DNA of 64,000 nt from a virus (Duplodnaviria; Caudoviricetes): IMG/VR virus record IMGVR_UViG_3300041409_000610, positions 1 through 64,000 of that record, one strand, 5' to 3'. The position numbers and the translations under genes were made by a program. Positions within the stretch are counted from its first letter, which is position 1. Every line of letters begins with the position of its first letter. Of the stretch, positions 37,165-45,912 are shown in pieces. The notes beneath the pieces were generated by a model that saw only the letters and a program-made list of their open reading frames with translations, made no database searches and had not been told where the DNA came from.

Positions 37165-39120
37165 TTACCGGCGGGCGGAGAGGTCTTCGAGGTACGCGCT
37201 GGCCTCCTGGAACGTACCCACCCGGCGGGCCGGGGGCAGCGCCTTCAGAATCTGCTTGCCGTAGCGCTTCTCGATCAGCCGCGAGTCGAAGATCGCGATC
37301 AGGCCCTCGTCGCTGGTCGTGCGGATCAACCGCCCGGCCTCCTGGAGCAGGTCCAGGGCCATGCTCGGCACCGACAGCTTCGGGAACGCGCCGTCGACCC
37401 ACTTGTTCGTGGCCACCTTGTCGATCGCCTCGGCGCGCGCGGCGAAGATCACGTCGCTCGGGACCGGGAACGGCATCTTGTCGATGATCACGAGCCGCAG
37501 CGCGTCGCCCGGCACGTCGAAGCCAGTGGCGAAGGACTTCAGCCCGAACAGGACGCTGGTCTCGTCCGTCTTGAACTTCTCGCCGAGCTGCTTCACGGTG
37601 CCCTGGCCCTGGATGAGCACGGTCAGGCCCATGTCCTCCAGCGACTCCTTCATCGAGTCGTGCATGGCCTGCATGTTCGCTCGCGAGCTGAACAGCATCA
37701 GCGTCCGGCCGCCCGCCTTGCGGATCAGCTCCAGGCTCTGCATCCGCAGCTTCGAGCGCCAGTTCGCCACGCCCTCGCCGGAGGGAACGCACTTCTCCGC
37801 CGGGATGTAGAGGGTCGCCTGCTTCTCGAAGTCGAACGGGCTGCCCGCGTCCACGTGCTGGTAGCCCGCCGGGATGCCGTGGCGCTCGGCGACGAAGGTG
37901 AAGTCGTCCCCGATGGCCACCGTGGCCGAGACCAGCGCCGCCGGGCCGCGCTCCCAGATCATCTCGTTGAGGAAATCGCCGACGTAGAGCGGCGCGTACT
38001 TCAGCACGACGCCGCGCTTGTCGTCCGACTCGATCCAGCGGACCAGCTCGTCCGAGGTCGAGAAGATCACCGACTTGAACTTGTCGAACATCGAGTTGAT
38101 GCGCTTCTTCAGCCGCTTGAGGCGCATCCGCTCCTCGTCCTCGGTCACGTAGGCGGCCTCGGCGGCCTTCTTCAGCGTGAGCAGAGCGCGCAGGATGTCG
38201 CCCAGCTGCTTCTCGGCCTCCAGGGCCTCACGGTCGCCGAACTTGACCGTGCGCTCCTTGGCCTCCCTGAGCAGCTTCTTCATGTGGGTGAAGAGCCGCT
38301 CTCCCGCACCCAGCAGGGCCGAGGTCTCGGCCGACACCGTGGCGGACAGCAGGTGGATGGCCTCGTTCGCGAGGTTCTCGATCCCGCGCTGGGTGACCTC
38401 GGCACCGAGGGCGTTGGTCGCGTAGCTCTCCAGCTCGTGGCTCTCGTCGATCCCGATGGCGCCGAACTCCGGCAGCAGGCCGAAGCCACCTTCCTGCTTG
38501 ATCCTCAGGTCGGTAATCAGCGCCGCGTGGTTGACGACCACGATGTCCGAGCGCTTCGCCCGGTCCTTGGCCACCTCGGCGTAGCAGCCCTTGTCGCCGA
38601 ACGGGCACTCGCTCTTGCCGGGGCACTCCTCGGAGGTCGAGACGATGAAGCGCTTCTCGCCGGGCTCGATCGGGGTGACCAGGTCGGCCAGGTCGCCGGA
38701 GTGGGCCGGGTCGGCCGCCAGCTCCTGCACCAGGGCCTCGCGGTACTGGATGTCGCCCGGCTTCAGCTCCTGCATCTTGGCCTTGCAGACGTAGTTGCCT
38801 CGACCCTTGACCACGGCGTACGAGAAGGGCTCGCCCAGGTGCTTGAGCAGGAAGGGCAGGTCCTTGTTGACGTACTGGTCCTGGAGTGCCTTGGTCGCCG
38901 TGGAGACGGCGGCCGGGAGGCCGGTGCGCCGCGCGTGCATGATCAGCGGGATGAGCAGGGCGAAGGACTTGCCCACGCCGCAGCCGCCCTGGCCGATCAC
39001 AACCTTGCACTCGCCGAGGGCGATCTCGATGGCCTCGGCCAGCATCTTCTGCTGGGGGCGCGACTCGTAGGCGGGCAGCGACTCAGCGAGGCGCTGCTCC
39101 GCTTCAGTCCAGGTCAGCAT
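37165..39120 (-). CDS. dinG: DinG-family SF2 helicase with Fe-S cluster cysteines
   Basis: YESRPQQ Q-motif, GCGVGKS, STATKALQDQ, KGRGNYVC...CPGKSECPFGDKGCY, IDESH, SAT, GFDVPGDAL, QEAGRLIR. Confidence 0.9.
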   Translation of the reverse strand: MLTWTEAEQRLAESLPAYESRPQQKMLAEAIEIALGECKVVIGQGGCGVGKSFALLIPLIMHARRTGLPAAVSTATKALQDQYVNKDLPFLLKHLGEPFSYAVVKGRGNYVCKAKMQELKPGDIQYREALVQELAADPAHSGDLADLVTPIEPGEKRFIVSTSEECPGKSECPFGDKGCYAEVAKDRAKRSDIVVVNHAALITDLRIKQEGGFGLLPEFGAIGIDESHELESYATNALGAEVTQRGIENLANEAIHLLSATVSAETSALLGAGERLFTHMKKLLREAKERTVKFGDREALEAEKQLGDILRALLTLKKAAEAAYVTEDEERMRLKRLKKRINSMFDKFKSVIFSTSDELVRWIESDDKRGVVLKYAPLYVGDFLNEMIWERGPAALVSATVAIGDDFTFVAERHGIPAGYQHVDAGSPFDFEKQATLYIPAEKCVPSGEGVANWRSKLRMQSLELIRKAGGRTLMLFSSRANMQAMHDSMKESLEDMGLTVLIQGQGTVKQLGEKFKTDETSVLFGLKSFATGFDVPGDALRLVIIDKMPFPVPSDVIFAARAEAIDKVATNKWVDGAFPKLSVPSMALDLLQEAGRLIRTTSDEGLIAIFDSRLIEKRYGKQILKALPPARRVGTFQEASAYLEDLSARR

Positions 39121-39152
39121 GTGATGTCCCTCCGGTGCGGGTGATGCTGGAA

Positions 39153-39182
39153 CAGTACCAGAATGGGTAGTGTTGGCACAAC
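39153..39182 (-). promoter_or_regulatory. housekeeping-sigma-type promoter for dinG
   Basis: Minus strand TTGTGC-N18-TACTGT with TGG just upstream of -10; GGAGGG RBS downstream. Confidence 0.45.
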
Positions 39183-39183
39183 C

Positions 39184-39885
39184 TCACGCCCTCCGGTCCG
39201 TGCCCAGGATCGCGCACTCCTGGCCGGAGCCGAGTCGGCTGGCCAGGAACGCGGGCATCAGCTCGCTCAGCTCCACGGCCGGGTCGTGGTTCAGGGTGAA
39301 GACCGTGGGCAGGGTGCCCTCGCGCTCGTCGACCACCTCGCCCAGGGACTCCATGTCGAAGTCGGTCAGCTTGAACCGGGTCAGGTCGTCGATGACCAGC
39401 ACCTTGGCGTGGGTGACCTCGAAGTAGAGATCCTCGCGAGCCTTCGCGTTGCCGAAGTTCTTCAGCTGGCCGACCAGCCGGGAGGCCTTGTGGAAGGCGA
39501 TCGGCGGCGCGTCCACGTAGCTGTTGCTGTCCCAGAAGGCGGCCAGGTAGCAGGCCAGAGCGCTGGCGCCGTGGGTCTTGCCCACGCCCACCACGCCGCT
39601 CATCAGCAGCGGCTTGATCGGGCCACCCTGGATGATCTTGTCCGCCCACTGCCGCGCCGGGCGCGGGATCTCGTAGGCGTCCGGCATCGGCACGTGCTTC
39701 GGGGCGTGCAGCGCCCGGTAGGCCTTGACCTTGACCCACGTGCTCCGCAGCCGGTTCCACTCCTCGTTCGGGCCCATCAGGTCGGCGTCCCAGAATTCGG
39801 CCGGGTCCGGCGCGTCATCCGGGTCGAAGCCGTCGTACAGGTCCTCGGGCAGGATCCGGTCGAACGGGGTGATCATGGCGGTCAT
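39184..39885 (-). CDS. DnaC/IstB-like AAA+ helicase loader
   Basis: Walker A GVVGVGKT, Walker B LVIDDL, LPTVFTLN, SRL, ILGTDRR; coupled to the initiator gene. Confidence 0.8.
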   Translation of the reverse strand: MTAMITPFDRILPEDLYDGFDPDDAPDPAEFWDADLMGPNEEWNRLRSTWVKVKAYRALHAPKHVPMPDAYEIPRPARQWADKIIQGGPIKPLLMSGVVGVGKTHGASALACYLAAFWDSNSYVDAPPIAFHKASRLVGQLKNFGNAKAREDLYFEVTHAKVLVIDDLTRFKLTDFDMESLGEVVDEREGTLPTVFTLNHDPAVELSELMPAFLASRLGSGQECAILGTDRRA

Positions 39886-41099
39886 CAGGCGTCCGATCCG
39901 TGGGGCGGGATGTTGTAGTCGTCGAGCAGCCGCTGGTACAGCTGCGGGTCGATGCCGTTCGCGTAGGCGTCCATGAGCGCGTCGACGTCCTCGGAGGTGT
40001 TCCCGGTCTTCAGCATCTGCTCGACCGTCCAGTCTCGCTGCTCCTGGACGTTCCAGTGGTAGTACCAGGCGAAGTTCATCTCCCAGTCGCCCGGCATCGG
40101 GCCGGTGCGCATGAGCTTGCAGATCGGCCGGGCCTTGGCGCGGTCCAGCGCACCCTCCTGGGTCTTCACGTCCGAGCCCGCGTGGCCCTGGTAGCCCTTG
40201 ACCGGCGGCTCGATCTCCTCGGTCCAGCCCTCGTTGTTCAGCCAGGTGGCCAGGTTCTTCCGCCGGGGCTTCCAGGCGGTGCCGGTGCCCTCCGGCTCAC
40301 CCCGCGCTGCGGTGACGGCCACGTAGGCCGGGATGGCGGCCAGGATGGTCTCTGCCGGGGCCTTCTTCAGCGCCCGGGTCCAGGCCTTCTGGGCCTGCAC
40401 GCGGTCCACCTTGTGGCCGTAGGCGGTCCAGGCCTTGTCGAACTCCGGGTCTTCGGTTGCCGGGCTGGTGCGCTGGCGCCGGGCCTTGGGCGGAGCTGCG
40501 GGCAGGTCTTCGAAGTCGTTCAGGTTCAGCAGGACCACAGGGGCCTCCTCCGGTGCGGGGTCGGGCTTAGCGATGTGTTCTTTCTTAACGACGTTAGTAG
40601 GGAGAGAAGAGAGTGGGTTTTCGTAAGAGGTATACCTATCTCTCTTATATATAAGCCCCCCGTCTCCCTCTGAGACCCCCTCCCCCGTCTCTGTCTGAGA
40701 CCCCCCGGGGTCTCCCTGTGATACGGGGGTCTGAGCTGGGGATCCTTGGAGGGGGTCTCCCTCTGAGACCCCCGGGGTCTCTGTCTGAGACGGGGGGAGT
40801 GTCTGTGTGAGACCCCCCTCGTGCAGGCGGTAGACATTCGTTCGCGTCCCGCCGTCGGAAGCGGCCGAGGAATAGACCTCGACGATTCCAGCCTCGGTCA
40901 ATTCAGTCATCGCGCGATAGATGGTGGCTCGCGAGAGCCCGCTGTCCTCGATCAGCTCGGACTTGCTGCGCTCGATCTCCCGCCGATCGTCAGCGACGCA
41001 GCAGAGGGCGGCGTAGAGGTGCTTGGCGTGGACGGACAGCTTGACGTTCAGGACGATCGCGCGGCTGACGATCCCGCCCGGGTTGGCGGGCTCGGTCAT
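39885..41099 (-). CDS. replication initiator protein (N-terminal wHTH) containing the origin
   Basis: LSVHAKHLYAAL...SGLSRATIYRAMTELTEAGIV wHTH; FDKAWTAYGHKVDRVQAQKAW...NLATWLNNEGW C-terminal domain; internal iterons. Confidence 0.8.
   Translation of the reverse strand: MTEPANPGGIVSRAIVLNVKLSVHAKHLYAALCCVADDRREIERSKSELIEDSGLSRATIYRAMTELTEAGIVEVYSSAASDGGTRTNVYRLHEGGLTQTLPPSQTETPGVSEGDPLQGSPAQTPVSQGDPGGSQTETGEGVSEGDGGLIYKRDRYTSYENPLSSLPTNVVKKEHIAKPDPAPEEAPVVLLNLNDFEDLPAAPPKARRQRTSPATEDPEFDKAWTAYGHKVDRVQAQKAWTRALKKAPAETILAAIPAYVAVTAARGEPEGTGTAWKPRRKNLATWLNNEGWTEEIEPPVKGYQGHAGSDVKTQEGALDRAKARPICKLMRTGPMPGDWEMNFAWYYHWNVQEQRDWTVEQMLKTGNTSEDVDALMDAYANGIDPQLYQRLLDDYNIPPHGSDA
40662..40813. repeat. 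six 15-bp palindromic iterons GTCTC-N5-GAGAC (putative replication origin)
   Basis: Copies at 40662, 40687, 40710 (ends GATAC), 40755, 40777, 40799 (starts GTGTC); adjacent AT-rich tract about 40575-40655. Confidence 0.8.
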
Positions 41100-41290
41100 G
41101 CGTCTTCGCCACCGGCTGGCTGGAGGAGGGCTTCCACCTCGGTGCGGCGGTAGCGGATGAAGCGACCGTGCTTGTAGGCCGTGAGGGTGTTGTTGCGGCC
41201 CCAGGCGTAGATCGTCATCGGGTCGACCTTGAAGTAGTCCGCGACCTCTTGACGAGTCATCCAGGGGCTCTCTGCGGGCTTAGAGTCCAT
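41096..41290 (-). CDS. excisionase/MerR-like HTH DNA-binding protein
   Basis: WMTRQEVADYFKVDPMTIYAW...LTAYKHGRFIRYRRTEVEALL. Confidence 0.8.
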   Translation of the reverse strand: MDSKPAESPWMTRQEVADYFKVDPMTIYAWGRNNTLTAYKHGRFIRYRRTEVEALLQPAGGEDA

Positions 41291-41328
41291 GGACGCTGAC
41301 TATACACGGCTATAGCCATCTCGATCAG
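41291..41328 (-). promoter_or_regulatory. probable leaderless promoter of the replication operon, with a palindrome in the spacer
   Basis: Minus strand TATAGT 8 nt before ATG, no RBS; GGCTATAGCC palindrome at 41308-41317. Confidence 0.5.
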
Positions 41329-41354
41329 TGTGGATGATTCACAGGTTCGATCCA

Positions 41355-41391
41355 CCTGCCCTTCCGCTGATCTCCGCTCCCCAACCTGCGG
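41355..41391 (+). promoter_or_regulatory. conserved bipartite motif, copy 9
   Basis: CCTGCCC-N18-CCCAACC-TGCGG upstream of the lysis cassette. Confidence 0.6.
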
Positions 41392-41405
41392 AAGGGAGCA
41401 CCACC

Positions 41406-42338
41406 ATGCCGAACACCTCCGCCCGCATGCTCGGGCGGCGCGCACCGAAGAACGCGCCCGCTCTGCGCGCCTCGCGGTTCCTCACCGGGGTCATCCCGGA
41501 GCACCCGGCGGCGGCCGACAACCTCTCGAAGGCCACCTACGGGCTCTACGACAACGACACCTACGGCGACTGTGGGCCCACCTCGGTGGCCAACCAGCGC
41601 CGCCAGGTCACCGCGTACCTGACCGGCACGCAGGAGACCCCGAGCCAGAACGACGTCTTCGACCTCTACCGGCGCTCTGGCAACCCGGGCTTCGACCCGG
41701 CGGACCCGGGCGGATCGGGCGACGGCGGCGTGGACATGCAGACCATGCTGGAGGAGGTCCAGCGCAACGGCATCGGCGGCAAGAAGTGCGTCGCCTTCGC
41801 CAAGCTCGACGTGAGCAACGTCGAGGAGATCCGGGCGTGGACGGCCATCTTCGGCGGCCTGCTGCTCGGCGTGAACCTGCTGACGGCGCAGCGCAGCCAG
41901 CGGGGCACCTGGGATTACGAGCGCTCCGGCGAGTGGGGCGGCCACGCCGTCTTCGTCGGCGGCTACGACCCGAACCCCGAGCTGATCTCCTGGGCGGAGA
42001 AGTTCGAGACCACGCCGAGCTTCTGGAGCCACCAGGCCGAAGAGGCCTGGGGCGTCATCTGGCCCGAGCATCTGGGCACCGCCGCCTTCCAGCAGGGGGT
42101 GGACAAGCAAGCCCTGGCGTCGGCCTACACCGACCTCACGGGCCGTCCCTTTCCCAGCCCCGCTCCCCAGCCCCAGCCCGCCCCCGGCGAGCAGCCCAAG
42201 CCTGTGGCGCCGTCTGTGGACGACGCTGACCGCGCTCTGGCGACGCATCTCCGGCCGTGGGTGAACGAGCACCACTACGGCCAGGGGCACGTCGTGGCTG
42301 ACGCGCTGCGGGCCTGGCTGGCCGCGAAGGGGCTGTGA
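41406..42338 (+). CDS. papain-like (C1-type) cysteine peptidase, lysis-associated
   Basis: NDTYGDCG (catalytic Cys), DGG, GGHAVFVGGYD (His), ISW; GGGAG RBS. Confidence 0.7.
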   Translation: MPNTSARMLGRRAPKNAPALRASRFLTGVIPEHPAAADNLSKATYGLYDNDTYGDCGPTSVANQRRQVTAYLTGTQETPSQNDVFDLYRRSGNPGFDPADPGGSGDGGVDMQTMLEEVQRNGIGGKKCVAFAKLDVSNVEEIRAWTAIFGGLLLGVNLLTAQRSQRGTWDYERSGEWGGHAVFVGGYDPNPELISWAEKFETTPSFWSHQAEEAWGVIWPEHLGTAAFQQGVDKQALASAYTDLTGRPFPSPAPQPQPAPGEQPKPVAPSVDDADRALATHLRPWVNEHHYGQGHVVADALRAWLAAKGL

Positions 42339-43306
42339 TGGCCGACATCTGGCACATCGACTACAGCGCGACGCAGCTGGACGGGAAGACCATCGCCCGA
42401 ACGCAGGTCGGGCCGAAGGGTGAGTACGCCACCGGTGCGATCCGCTACATCGACGACATCTCGAACCCAGCCCTGGTGCGCACCAAGCACGTCACCAGGG
42501 CCGAGTACGCCAGCCTGAAGACGGCGGGCATCGCGATGGACGCGATGTACATGGAGGTCGGGGTCGACGACCCGCTGGGCGGCTACCCCGCCGGGCAGGT
42601 CAACGCCCGCCGGGCCCAGGCGGGCATGAACTACCTCGGCTGGCAGGGCAAGGTCCTGTTCTGCTGTGATCGCTGGTTCACCAGCAAGGGGCACGTCACG
42701 ATCTCGGCGAAGTCCTGGCAGGACTACCTCGACGGCGCGGTGAGCGTGCTCGGCCGGACTGTGGCGGGCGGCTACGGCTTCGCCGACGCCATCGACGCCG
42801 CGCGCGGGCACGTGGACTTCGCCGTCCAGTGTGGATCGCGCTCGGCCGTGCGCTCGTGGGTCAACGGCTGGCAGGACAACAACATCCAGCCGAAGGTCGG
42901 CGGTATCTCGACCGACCGCGTGCTGATCCTCAACGCGTTCGGACCTGGCGTACCCAGCGCTCCGGCATCGCAGCTCACCCAGGCAGGAGTAGAGATCATG
43001 GAGCGCATCACCGTCACCCCGCCCAACGCCGAGCAGAACACGGTGCGGGTCAACCTCTCGGGCAGCGCGGGCGCCGCGATCGTCGTCCGGCCGCGTATCG
43101 ACGGCACCGGCTTCTCGAAGCCCATGTGGATCGGCGACATCTTCGCCTGGGGCAACGACCACAACGGCATCGGCCACAACCCCACCCAGATCCCGGGTTA
43201 CAACAGCAGGCTCACGAGCCACCGGCGGTACGACCTGCCGGGCGGTGTCTGGGCGGACATCAACTACTCGGCGGCGGAGCCGTTCGAGATCGACATCGTC
43301 GGCTGA
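42338..43306 (+). CDS. endolysin, glycoside hydrolase (DUF1906/GH25-like) plus C-terminal domain
   Basis: IDYS...GAIRYI...KHVTRAEY...FCCD...GGYG...WQ...TDR TIM-barrel pattern; upstream of holin. Confidence 0.7.
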   Translation: MADIWHIDYSATQLDGKTIARTQVGPKGEYATGAIRYIDDISNPALVRTKHVTRAEYASLKTAGIAMDAMYMEVGVDDPLGGYPAGQVNARRAQAGMNYLGWQGKVLFCCDRWFTSKGHVTISAKSWQDYLDGAVSVLGRTVAGGYGFADAIDAARGHVDFAVQCGSRSAVRSWVNGWQDNNIQPKVGGISTDRVLILNAFGPGVPSAPASQLTQAGVEIMERITVTPPNAEQNTVRVNLSGSAGAAIVVRPRIDGTGFSKPMWIGDIFAWGNDHNGIGHNPTQIPGYNSRLTSHRRYDLPGGVWADINYSAAEPFEIDIVG

Positions 43307-43324
43307 CAAAAGGAGAAATCGATC

Positions 43325-43714
43325 ATGACCACCCTCGAACCGGCCAAGCCGGTCATCTTCCTGGGCCGCGAGCCCGTGCAGTGGCTTCAGCTCATCTCCG
43401 GCGTGCTGGTCTTCCTCACGCCGATCCTGCACGTGAGCGTGGAGCTGAACGGCGCGATCATCGCGGTGCTCACGGCTCTGTTCGGCGTGCTCACCGCGCT
43501 GGCAGTGTCCAAGGAGAAGGCCGCGCCCACCGTGGCCGGTCTGCTGAAGGCCCTGATCGCGCTGGCGCTGGCGCTGCGGTTCCACATCAGCCCGGAGATC
43601 CAGGCGGGTGCCATGGTGTTCGTCGAGGCCGGTGTGGCCTGGTACCTGCGCACGCAGGTGTTCGCGCCTGCACTGAAGCCGGTCGTCGCGCCGGTGGTCC
43701 CGGTCGACGCCTGA
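43325..43714 (+). CDS. holin
   Basis: AAAAGGAG RBS; IFLGREPV start, four hydrophobic segments, RTQV end typical of actinophage holins. Confidence 0.75.
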   Translation: MTTLEPAKPVIFLGREPVQWLQLISGVLVFLTPILHVSVELNGAIIAVLTALFGVLTALAVSKEKAAPTVAGLLKALIALALALRFHISPEIQAGAMVFVEAGVAWYLRTQVFAPALKPVVAPVVPVDA

Positions 43715-43727
43715 CCTTCAGCTCAGC

Positions 43728-43760
43728 ACGGGCCGCTCTCCTCCGGGAGGGCGGCCCGTT
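43728..43760 (+). terminator. terminator after holin
   Basis: ACGGGCCGCTCTCC / GGAGGGCGGCCCGT followed by TT. Confidence 0.7.
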
Positions 43761-43922
43761 TGCTGTCTTGACCTGGGCTTTCGTCCGCATTCGAAGGACA
43801 AAGGGCCGCTCTTCTTACCCCAAAGAGCCGTAATAAGCGAGGCATTCGGCCTTAATTATTGAGCTATTCGTCCTGACCTGCGACAATGATTGCAGAGAGC
43901 AACCTCAGAAAGGGCTCCCGTC

Positions 43923-44225
43923 ATGTCGTTCGACCTCGCGGTTTCCCGAGCGGTCACGATGGCGCACGCCCTGGAGCGGGCGCTGCACGACCCCGGTCCC
44001 TGGTTCATCGAGCTGGACGGCTACGTGGCTCACGCCGAGCGCGAGGTCCGCGAGGAGGCGCTGGAGGTGCTCTTCACCGCCCAGTTCCCGCGTGCGCTCG
44101 ACGGCGCCGTGCCGATCCTGCGCTGCCTCGCCGACGAGATCCGCGCGATGGCGCCGGTGTCCGGCAGCGACCGGGCATTCCAGTACCAGGTGACGCTGAC
44201 CCTGCCCGCCGAGGTAGCCGCGTGA
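43923..44225 (+). CDS. hypothetical protein
   Basis: GAAAGGG RBS, ATG at 43923; GTGA overlap with the helicase. Confidence 0.65.
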   Translation: MSFDLAVSRAVTMAHALERALHDPGPWFIELDGYVAHAEREVREEALEVLFTAQFPRALDGAVPILRCLADEIRAMAPVSGSDRAFQYQVTLTLPAEVAA

Positions 44226-45835
44226 CCGCCGTAGCGGCAGCTCCCGCTTTCATCCCGGTGCGGGAGCTGCCCAACGGCAAGAACTTCTACTCCCCGCGCG
44301 GTCTCTACCCCTTCCAGGCCGAGGACGTGGCCAAGGCGTACCTGCGCACTGAGGGCGGCGGCCAGCAGGGCCAGCTCGTTGGCTGGGACACCGGGCTCGG
44401 CAAGACGATCTTCGGCATGGCGCTCGCCTCGCTGCTGATCGAGGACGGCCGGATCGACCAGGTCATCGTGGTCGCCGAGAAGAACAAGATCGTCGACTGG
44501 CGTACTGAGTTCGAGCACTTCACCACCCTCTCGGCAGCCGTCTATCACGGCCAGGGTCGGCAGAAGCGCCTGACCAAGAACGGGATCCCGCACGTCCTGG
44601 TGTCCACTTACGACACCCTGCGCACCGATCTCGTGAGCCAGGTCGAGATCGAGGGCCGCAAGTCGAAGAAGATCGTGGACGGCCCGCTGATGGAGACCAT
44701 GGGCCTGCGCGGGCGGCGGACACTCTGGATCCTCGACGAGACAACCGCTCTGCGCTCGCGCGGCAGCCTGCGGCACAAGGCCTTCGAGTACGTGCTGAAG
44801 GAGCTGCGCAAGACCGCGCACCAGCGCGTCGTCGGCTTGACGGCCACGCCGGTCGAGCGCGACATCGAGGACAGCTACAACGTCGGCCGGATCCTCGCGC
44901 CCGCCCGGATGATGACCGTGGCCAGCTTCGAGGAGCAGTTCACCCGGGGCCGGGACCTCTACGGCCACTACATCTACCGGGCGCACGCCGCCGAGCGGTT
45001 CGCCGACACCTTCCGGCCGATCTGCCTGATCAAGCACAAGACCGACGAGGACGTCCGGGACCAGTTCCCGAAGCAGGTCGAGAAGTCGCTATGGGTGCCG
45101 CTGGAGCCCGCGCACAAGAAGCTCTACATGGCGATCAACGAGATGGTGTTCCCGGAGGGCGAGGAGGTGCCGCAAAGCGTCTCGGATCTCGCCTTCACCG
45201 TGCAGCGGATGACCGCCGGGCACCCGGCCAGCCACCTCTACGCCGGGAACATGATCTCCCAGGCGATCGTGGATATCGTCGGCCCGAAGGCGCTGCGCGA
45301 GATACCCTCGTCGAAGTCGATCGACCTCATCTCGCGGCTGACCCCGATCGTCAAGGGCCAGGGCGCCCAGGCGATCGTCTTCTCATTCTTCGGCCGGTCG
45401 GTACTGCGCGCGCTCGGCGACGACCTGCGCAAGGCGGGCTTCGCCGTGGTCGAGTACCACGGCGGCCGTTCGCTGGAGGAGAACGAGCGGAGCAAGAACA
45501 CCTTCGTCACCGGCCAGGCCGAGATCCTGCTGGCCTCGGACGCGGCCAGCCAGGGCCTGAACCTCCAGAACGCCCAGTACGTCTTCGAGTACGAGAGCGC
45601 GCTGAGCTTCGCCCGGCGGACCCAGCGGATTAATCGCGCGCACCGGATCGGCTCGGTCCACGACCTGGTCACCTGCTACACCATGATCGCCGAGGGCACC
45701 GTCGAAGAGGGCATCATCCGCAAGATGATCAAGCGGAACCAGGCTCACGACGACCTGGTGGGCGGCGACTCCGACGACGGCTACGTCACCGCCGCCGACC
45801 GGCGCGAGTTTCTCGGGATCGGCAAGAGGGATTGA
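44222..45835 (+). CDS. SNF2-family helicase/ATPase
   Basis: LYPFQ, DTGLGKT, ILDE, GLTATP, ASQGLNLQNA, QRINRAHRIG. Confidence 0.85.
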   Translation: MTAVAAAPAFIPVRELPNGKNFYSPRGLYPFQAEDVAKAYLRTEGGGQQGQLVGWDTGLGKTIFGMALASLLIEDGRIDQVIVVAEKNKIVDWRTEFEHFTTLSAAVYHGQGRQKRLTKNGIPHVLVSTYDTLRTDLVSQVEIEGRKSKKIVDGPLMETMGLRGRRTLWILDETTALRSRGSLRHKAFEYVLKELRKTAHQRVVGLTATPVERDIEDSYNVGRILAPARMMTVASFEEQFTRGRDLYGHYIYRAHAAERFADTFRPICLIKHKTDEDVRDQFPKQVEKSLWVPLEPAHKKLYMAINEMVFPEGEEVPQSVSDLAFTVQRMTAGHPASHLYAGNMISQAIVDIVGPKALREIPSSKSIDLISRLTPIVKGQGAQAIVFSFFGRSVLRALGDDLRKAGFAVVEYHGGRSLEENERSKNTFVTGQAEILLASDAASQGLNLQNAQYVFEYESALSFARRTQRINRAHRIGSVHDLVTCYTMIAEGTVEEGIIRKMIKRNQAHDDLVGGDSDDGYVTAADRREFLGIGKRD

Positions 45836-45860
45836 AATCCTGATCCGGGTACGGTATTCT
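45832..45860 (+). promoter_or_regulatory. housekeeping-sigma-type promoter
   Basis: TTGAAA-N17-TATTCT upstream of the 45913 gene. Confidence 0.6.
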
Positions 45861-45912
45861 GAACCAGTCGACCACCGAAGTCACTGGATCACCTACCGCC
45901 CCGGGAGGGCTC

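Noticed and set aside
40662-40813. Iteron repeats as a mini CRISPR array
   Set aside because: Repeats are 15 bp with mostly 7-10 bp gaps and lie in frame inside the initiator gene, which fits an origin.
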